Assembly (NCBI GenBank): GCA_963675995.2
Contig: CAXXIY010000001.1
Location: 2,106,690-2,170,689, forward strand
From: Prolixibacteraceae bacterium
Lineage (GTDB): Bacteria; Bacteroidota; Bacteroidia; Bacteroidales; Prolixibacteraceae
Length of the DNA stretch: 64,000 nt
Direction: 5' to 3'
Shown: positions 59,124-64,000 of the stretch, piece by piece
How positions within the stretch are numbered: the first letter of the stretch is position 1
How the letters are laid out: every line of letters starts with the position of its first letter
Program-made: the position numbers and the translations under genes
Notes under the pieces: generated by a model
Databases searched by the model: none
What the model saw: only the letters and a program-made list of their open reading frames with translations
Told to the model about the DNA's origin: nothing

Positions 59124-60302
59124 TTAATTACAATATTGTTTGATCCTTTCGTAGGCTTCTTTTGACCCCAACTCACCCGCTTTGCTCAAATCCAAACATC
59201 CATTCTCCCTTTGGCCTATAGAAATCAATACCATTCCTCTAGAAAAATATGCTGAGCCATTTTTCTGATCAATTTCAATTGCTTTATCAAAATCGAGTAA
59301 TGCACCTTTCAAATCTTTTAGGTTGATCTTTACTCGACCTCTCAAATAAAATGCATTTTGAGAATCCCAAGAACATGTTTTAATAATTAGATTAAGATCT
59401 ATTAACGCGCCGCGATAGTCTTTCAAATTTAATTTTGAAATAGCTCTTTCCTCAATTGACCCCTGCCACAAAGTAGCTATTTCGTATCGACCTAAGGCAT
59501 CTATTGTTGGTGGATATCTATTAATTACTTCTGTAAAATCTGCAATTGCCCCGAAATTATCGTCTAAGTATGCTTTCGCAGAACCTCTAAATGAAAGTGC
59601 TGTGTAATAAATTGTTTCGCGGTCATCCTTATTTTCAATATTATCCGCTGAGTCTATTGACTTAGTAAAATCAGAAATTGCACCTGAATAATCTTCAAGT
59701 CCAGTTTTTGCTTGAGCTCTATTAGTATAAGCTTCTGCATACTTAGGATTAATTTCAATTGCTTTATCAAAATTTGAAATTGCTTCTTTGTACTCTTTAT
59801 TCATATAATAAATATCCAAACCTCTTTTATTATAAGCTTCTGCGTAGCTTTTGTCTATCTCAATGGCTTTTGAATAATCCGATATTGCTCCTGAGAGATC
59901 TTGACTTTTGTCTTTTGCCATCCCTCTTTGGTAATAAGCTAATGCAAATTTAGGGTTGATTTTAATAGCCTTATCAAAGTAAGTAATACTCCCCCAAACA
60001 TCCATTGCCATTCCTCTATTGCAATATGGCTCTGCAAAGAGCGTATCAGTTTTTATGGCTTTATCAAAATCATCAATTGCTCCTTTTTTGTCATCAACTG
60101 CTCTTTTTGCAAGCCCCCTTTGATTATAAGCTGCGGTATAATTCGAATCCGCATCTATTGCTTTTGTAAAGTCAATAATTGCTCCCTTGTAATCCTTGTT
60201 TTGTTGCTTTGCAAGACCGCTTGTGTAATATTCCTTTCCTTTTTGTCCGCAGCCAGAAGATATTAAAAGCACTACAATAATTAGATTAAAAATATTTTTC
60301 AT
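59124..60302 (-). CDS. Tetratricopeptide-repeat lipoprotein
   Basis: The preferred start is the Met at 60302 (MKNIFNLIIVVLLISSGC lipobox). About 10 TPR units of the type GAI.DF.KAIEI.P.YA.AY.NRG follow. Confidence 0.7.
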   Translation of the reverse strand: MKNIFNLIIVVLLISSGCGQKGKEYYTSGLAKQQNKDYKGAIIDFTKAIDADSNYTAAYNQRGLAKRAVDDKKGAIDDFDKAIKTDTLFAEPYCNRGMAMDVWGSITYFDKAIKINPKFALAYYQRGMAKDKSQDLSGAISDYSKAIEIDKSYAEAYNKRGLDIYYMNKEYKEAISNFDKAIEINPKYAEAYTNRAQAKTGLEDYSGAISDFTKSIDSADNIENKDDRETIYYTALSFRGSAKAYLDDNFGAIADFTEVINRYPPTIDALGRYEIATLWQGSIEERAISKLNLKDYRGALIDLNLIIKTCSWDSQNAFYLRGRVKINLKDLKGALLDFDKAIEIDQKNGSAYFSRGMVLISIGQRENGCLDLSKAGELGSKEAYERIKQYCN

Positions 60303-60373
60303 AGTTTTAAATTGAGAATGCATTTTTATGAATCTGTAATTATGAATGTTCATTAAAATAAATCCGAATTGCA

Positions 60374-60787
60374 TCAGAGGGGGTCTATAAAACCTAATTC
60401 TGCCGCTATATTAAAATTGATATATGCGTTTTCTTGCTGATCTAATTGAATATTAGAAAGCCCTCTATTATAAAAAGCTTCTCCAAAGTCAGGTTTAAGC
60501 TTGATTGCCTCATCAAGATCGGTTATAGCTCCTTCAAAGTCTTTTATCTCTATTTTTGCCTTACCTCTGTATGCATAAGCTTCTTCACAATATGGCTCAA
60601 TTTTTAGGGCGTCAGTGCAGTCTTGAATCGCACCCAAATAATCTTTAATTCTGATCTTCATTAACGCTCGGGAAGTATATGCAATGTGAAAGTTAGGATT
60701 AACCCTAATAGTGTGTGTAAAGTCATTAATTGCACCCTCGAGATCGTCCTCTTCTTCTTTGTTGTATGCTCTTTCAAAATATACCAT
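60374..60787 (-). CDS. TPR protein segment (probably the C-terminal part of a frameshifted larger TPR gene)
   Basis: TPR units. The reading frame stays open upstream to 60886 and encodes an acidic DEDDDYDYDY stretch with no good start. Confidence 0.5.
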   Translation of the reverse strand: MVYFERAYNKEEEDDLEGAINDFTHTIRVNPNFHIAYTSRALMKIRIKDYLGAIQDCTDALKIEPYCEEAYAYRGKAKIEIKDFEGAITDLDEAIKLKPDFGEAFYNRGLSNIQLDQQENAYINFNIAAELGFIDPL

Positions 60788-61671
60788 CGAACAATAATCA
60801 TAATCATAATCATCATCCTCATCCTTAATGTGTTCATCCCGATTATAAAATTCAATATAGTGGTCAAATCGGCCAGAGCACCCAGATTATCATTGAGAGT
60901 CTTTTTTATTGAAGATCTGTGTAAATATATTTCTGCATCATCCGGCCAGATATTTAAAGCATTATCGTAGTCAGCTATTGCACCAGTAAAATCATTTAGG
61001 CTATTTTTAATATAAACCATATTAAAATAGGCTCTTGCATTAAATGTGTCGATTTGAACAATTTTTGAATAGTCAGCAATAGCACCGACATAATCATGAG
61101 CACTTTCTTTTATCTGAGCCCTTTCTTCATATGCTTTTATGTGATTAGGGTATTCTTTAATTGCATTTGTGTAATCCTTAATCCTGGCAATGTTGTAATG
61201 CACATCTTCGTATATTGGATCATCTATGTTGGTGGCTTTAAAATTGGGGTTAATCTCCAAAGCCTTTAAAATGTCCGATACAGCTTCGGAATTCAGACCA
61301 CTATTGTACCTGGCAACTGATCTGAAATAATAAGCGTATGAGTCCTCAGGATACAACTCCAAAGATTTTGATAAATCATCTATGGCTCCGGAAAAGTCAT
61401 GAAGCTTTAATTTTGTTGTTCCTCGATTAAACCACGCAATATCATCTGTTGGATCCAATTCAAGGGCTTTGGAATATTCTGCAATAGCTTTAAGATAATC
61501 ATGTGAAAGAATTAATCCGTCACATTCAGGTAGGTATTCGTTATTAGGCATTGGGTTGAAGTCGAGCATTAAATATATATTGTGTGATTTAGGGTATATT
61601 AAGCTAGTGGGAACCACACAAAAAGGGCGTGGAACCGTATCATTATCCGCCTCTGAGGTACCGCCAAGCAC
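60661..61671 (-). CDS. TPR protein (N-terminal part; the 3' ~60 codons are out-of-frame read-through)
   Basis: TPR units run through ..LNDNLGALADLTTIL. The translation then turns into implausible sequence (MRMMIMIMIIV...) while overlapping the next ORF by 127 nt. The true start is probably an internal Met (~61569). Confidence 0.5.
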   Translation of the reverse strand: MLGGTSEADNDTVPRPFCVVPTSLIYPKSHNIYLMLDFNPMPNNEYLPECDGLILSHDYLKAIAEYSKALELDPTDDIAWFNRGTTKLKLHDFSGAIDDLSKSLELYPEDSYAYYFRSVARYNSGLNSEAVSDILKALEINPNFKATNIDDPIYEDVHYNIARIKDYTNAIKEYPNHIKAYEERAQIKESAHDYVGAIADYSKIVQIDTFNARAYFNMVYIKNSLNDFTGAIADYDNALNIWPDDAEIYLHRSSIKKTLNDNLGALADLTTILNFIIGMNTLRMRMMIMIMIIVRWYILKEHTTKKKRTISRVQLMTLHTLLGLILTFTLHILPER

Positions 61672-62875
61672 CCGTCATGCAAATAAGAACAGCCCACGCC
61701 GTGACGTGAGCGTTTTCTTATTATTCATGCATGACTGTTGAAATTTGGCGGTTTTCAGAAGCAGGAACAAAAAGCTAACGCTTCGATAATATTTTAGTCT
61801 TCTTTTACTTTTATTTGACCATATGGTTTTAATTATTGTAAGTAATGATATTTTCGGTTTGAATTAAAATGAATTTCGATCTAATAGATGATTAATATTG
61901 ATTACCTTTTTTAGGAATGACTTAAATGATACAGATTTATGCGAGATTATTCTATTATTCATTAAGTTTTTACTTGTAAGATCACGGCAGTCAAATTTAG
62001 TGTTTCTTTTTCATTAAACTATGATTATAATACATGTATTGAAAAATAATCAAATATGTTTTGTTATGGGTTATTCACCCTAATACAAAAGTATTATCAA
62101 CCAGTTATTTCTTTTACAGGCTATTTCTGATAAGACTATGACAGTTTGGGAAATCAGCACTTTTGCTTTCAAGTGGCACTATTGTCCATTTGGAGGGCGA
62201 TTAATAGAAATTTCGCGATAGGTACTAATCAAAAACAAATTTTTCCCTTATGTTCTCTATTTGATTAAAAGATTGGATCCATTTTGCTTTTTTAAACCAA
62301 ATTTCAATCTGCCGGTTCTTTTTTTGAAGACATGCAAAAATCCCCGCCCCTCATGCTTCGGGGCTTGCACGGTCTTTTTGCATGAAGTCTGTTGAGATTG
62401 TCCAGAAGGCCATTTTATAGGTTGGCTACCGGATCATTGTATCCGCTAAATTTACATAATCGACCTTATAAAACAAAACAAAGCTTCTTCTCTCAGAAAG
62501 ATGTCTTATAAGGTGATTATGTAAAATTAGCTACTGTAGCTTAATTTGGTTCTCAGCTTTGAAGGACTTTTGCTCTCTTTTTTAACCTTAACCCACAAAA
62601 TCCCCACCACCCTTTCAATGGTGCAGGAAAATGCATTGCTAATCCGGGCAATGATCAAGAGACCGATTTCGGAAGTCCTGCGAAAGTACTCCCAAAGAAG
62701 CTTGACGGAATATTAATTCAAATCCTCAATCACAACCTTGATCTGGTTGCCCTGGCAAAGAAAGGGTTGTTTTCCTGCTGTTGTAAACCCCATTAGGCTT
62801 TAAAAGTGTTTGCCTTACATGGGTTTGATAAAGAGCAACTTACTTTATGCTGTCAATGTGTGTCCCCTGAAAAAG

Positions 62876-62898
62876 TTGTGTGCAAATTATGTGCAAAT
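62876..62898 (+). promoter_or_regulatory. GTGCAAAT doublet near the right island end (candidate arm-type integrase binding sites)
   Basis: TTGTGTGCAAAT-TA-TGTGCAAAT, same orientation and near-identical to 33641-33665. Lies 53 bp from the att core. Confidence 0.35.
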
Positions 62899-62950
62899 TG
62901 ACAAAAAAATGGTGATTACTTAATGTAAGTAATCACCTTATTAATAGATT

Positions 62951-62996
62951 GTTGTCCTGTCAGGTTTCGAACCTGAACTCTTCTGATCCAGAATCA
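62951..62996 (-). repeat. att direct repeat, right copy (within the intact tRNA-Gln)
   Basis: 46/46 identical to 33472-33517. Confidence 0.85.
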
Positions 62997-63024
62997 GACG
63001 TGTTGCCAATTACACCACAGGACA
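62952..63024 (-). tRNA. tRNA-Gln: tRNA-Gln (anticodon CUG)
   Basis: The reverse complement folds as acceptor TGTCCTG/CAGGACA (U1:A72 as in bacterial tRNA-Gln), D-arm GGTG-TAATTGGCAA-CAC, anticodon stem TCTGA/TCAGA with loop TTCTGGA, and T-arm TCAGG-TTCGAAA-CCTGA. CCA is not encoded. Confidence 0.85.
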
Positions 63025-63224
63025 ATATTTAAAAGCTCAAAATAACAGGTAACTACAACTGGCTTTTGGCTACTTACAGCCGGCTTAAAGCCTTTACATG
63101 ATTGTCATCTATTAAAAACTTTGTTCCGAAAAGGGCAACCTATTTTTGACAGAATCTGCCTGTTCCCAGATGCTAATCGTACAATCTTTAAATGATCTTC
63201 ATTTACGTTACAGAACTTCAGTTG

Positions 63225-63297
63225 TTGACCCGCCAAGGCTCGAACTTGGACTCTTCTGAACCAAAATCAGACGTGTTGCCAATTACACCACGGGTCA
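63225..63297 (-). tRNA. tRNA-Gln: tRNA-Gln (anticodon UUG)
   Basis: The reverse complement folds as acceptor TGACCCG/CGGGTCA, a D-arm identical to the neighbouring tRNA, anticodon loop TTTTGGT, and T-arm CCAAG-TTCGAGC-CTTGG. Confidence 0.85.
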
Positions 63298-63566
63298 ATC
63301 AAGAATGTCTTATTATTTAAGACGGCTGCAAAAGTACGAAGTTTTTTTTTCCTGCAAACTGATCTGGGGGAAAAAATGGATTTAATCGGCTTTTTTGTTC
63401 ATTTTCCTGATCTCATGGATATTCAATAAGCTAAAAGTTATTTTATTGTAATGTTGCACACCAATATTGATAACCTGATGAAGATTATTAATATCTTCGC
63501 AAAAATTTTGAGAGCTCATTATTGGTAAAATTAGCAGGAAGCAAAAATATGATATACTAGAATTAT

Positions 63567-64000
63567 ATGAAGACAAAAGGATATAAGTTTTATAATACTG
63601 TAGTAGGATGGGTTATTTTTCTTGTCGCAGCGATTGTTTATCTGAGTACAATTGAGCCAACTGCCAGCTTCTGGGATTGCCCGGAGTTTATAACCACGGC
63701 AAATAGTCTTCAGGTGGGTCATCCCCCGGGTGCTCCCCTTTTTATGATTATGGGACGCCTTTTTACCATGTTGGCCAGTTCTCCTGCACAGGTGCCTGTG
63801 ATGGTCAATATCTTATCGGCCCTTGCAAGTGCCTTCACAATCGTATTTCTCTTCTGGACCATCACCCATATGGCCCGCAAAATAGTGGGTTCTAATACCT
63901 CTGAACCTACTCTTCCCCAGTTAATTGCAATTTTGGGCGCTGGAGCTGTTGGAGCATTGGCTTATACATTCTCAGATACCTTTTGGTTTTCGGCAGTTGA
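63567..64000 (+). CDS. DUF2723-family membrane protein (glycosyltransferase-like), 3'-partial; not in the ORF track because it runs off the window
   Basis: ATG at 63567. The translation MKTKGYKFYNTVVGWVIFLVAAIVYLSTIEPTASFWDCPEFITTANSLQVGHPPGAPLFMIMGRLF matches the highly conserved DUF2723 N-terminus (TIEPTASFWDCGEF...GHPPGAPLF). Confidence 0.75.
   Translation, partial: MKTKGYKFYNTVVGWVIFLVAAIVYLSTIEPTASFWDCPEFITTANSLQVGHPPGAPLFMIMGRLFTMLASSPAQVPVMVNILSALASAFTIVFLFWTITHMARKIVGSNTSEPTLPQLIAILGAGAVGALAYTFSDTFWFSAV

Larger units (their letters stand above)
33472..62996. mobile_element. ~29.5 kb tRNA-Gln-integrated genomic island (integrative element carrying defence and anti-defence cargo)
   Basis: Bounded by the perfect 46-bp direct repeat, with an integrase at the left end and an intact tRNA at the right end. 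Cargo includes type I R-M, toxin-like modules, ArdC/RadC and IS elements. Confidence 0.8.

Noticed and set aside
33472-62996. Whether the island is a prophage or a complete ICE.
   Set aside because: No terminase, portal, capsid, tail or lysis genes were recognised, and no relaxase, coupling protein or T4SS genes either. It is therefore called only an integrative island.

Overview
The window looks like a Bacteroidota chromosome segment. Supporting signs are a T9SS C-terminal sorting domain, a TAnnTTTG-type promoter box, an Arm-domain tyrosine integrase and a DUF2723 protein. It has two parts. (1) Positions 1-33.4 kb are chromosomal backbone. This part holds many secreted glycan-active or glycoside-hydrolase-like proteins, namely a beta-helix carbohydrate binder, a GH109-like oxidoreductase, several large six-hairpin-like proteins and a GH36-like enzyme. 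It also holds a fused EtfB-EtfA gene with ETF:quinone oxidoreductase, an M4 metalloprotease with FN3 and T9SS tail, a frameshifted aldo/keto reductase, a fused 2xSBP-permease ABC component, and outer-membrane/VirJ-like genes. (2) Positions 33,472-62,996 are a ~29.5 kb integrative island inserted in the 3' half of tRNA-Gln(CUG), bounded by a perfect 46-bp direct repeat. The island carries a tyrosine integrase, an excisionase-like HTH and a putative replication/primase module. It also has an anti-restriction, leading-region-like block (ArdC, RadC-JAB, a small protein with an SSB-like tip) flanked by repeat and hairpin clusters. Its defence cargo is an XRE-ImmA/PIN-like pair, then a type I R-M operon (hsdR-hsdM-hsdS) followed co-directionally by a HipA-like kinase and a HipS-like/HIRAN partner. 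Two near-identical IS481-family copies bracket the R-M/kinase/SRAP region, and one of them sits in the 3' end of the SRAP peptidase gene. A TPR-protein operon and a 1.3 kb ORF-free arm next to the tRNA complete the island. Beyond the island lie a second tRNA-Gln(UUG) and the 5' part of a DUF2723 gene. I saw no rRNA, CRISPR array, reverse transcriptase, relaxase, T4SS or phage structural genes. All family assignments come from motif recognition by eye, not from searches.
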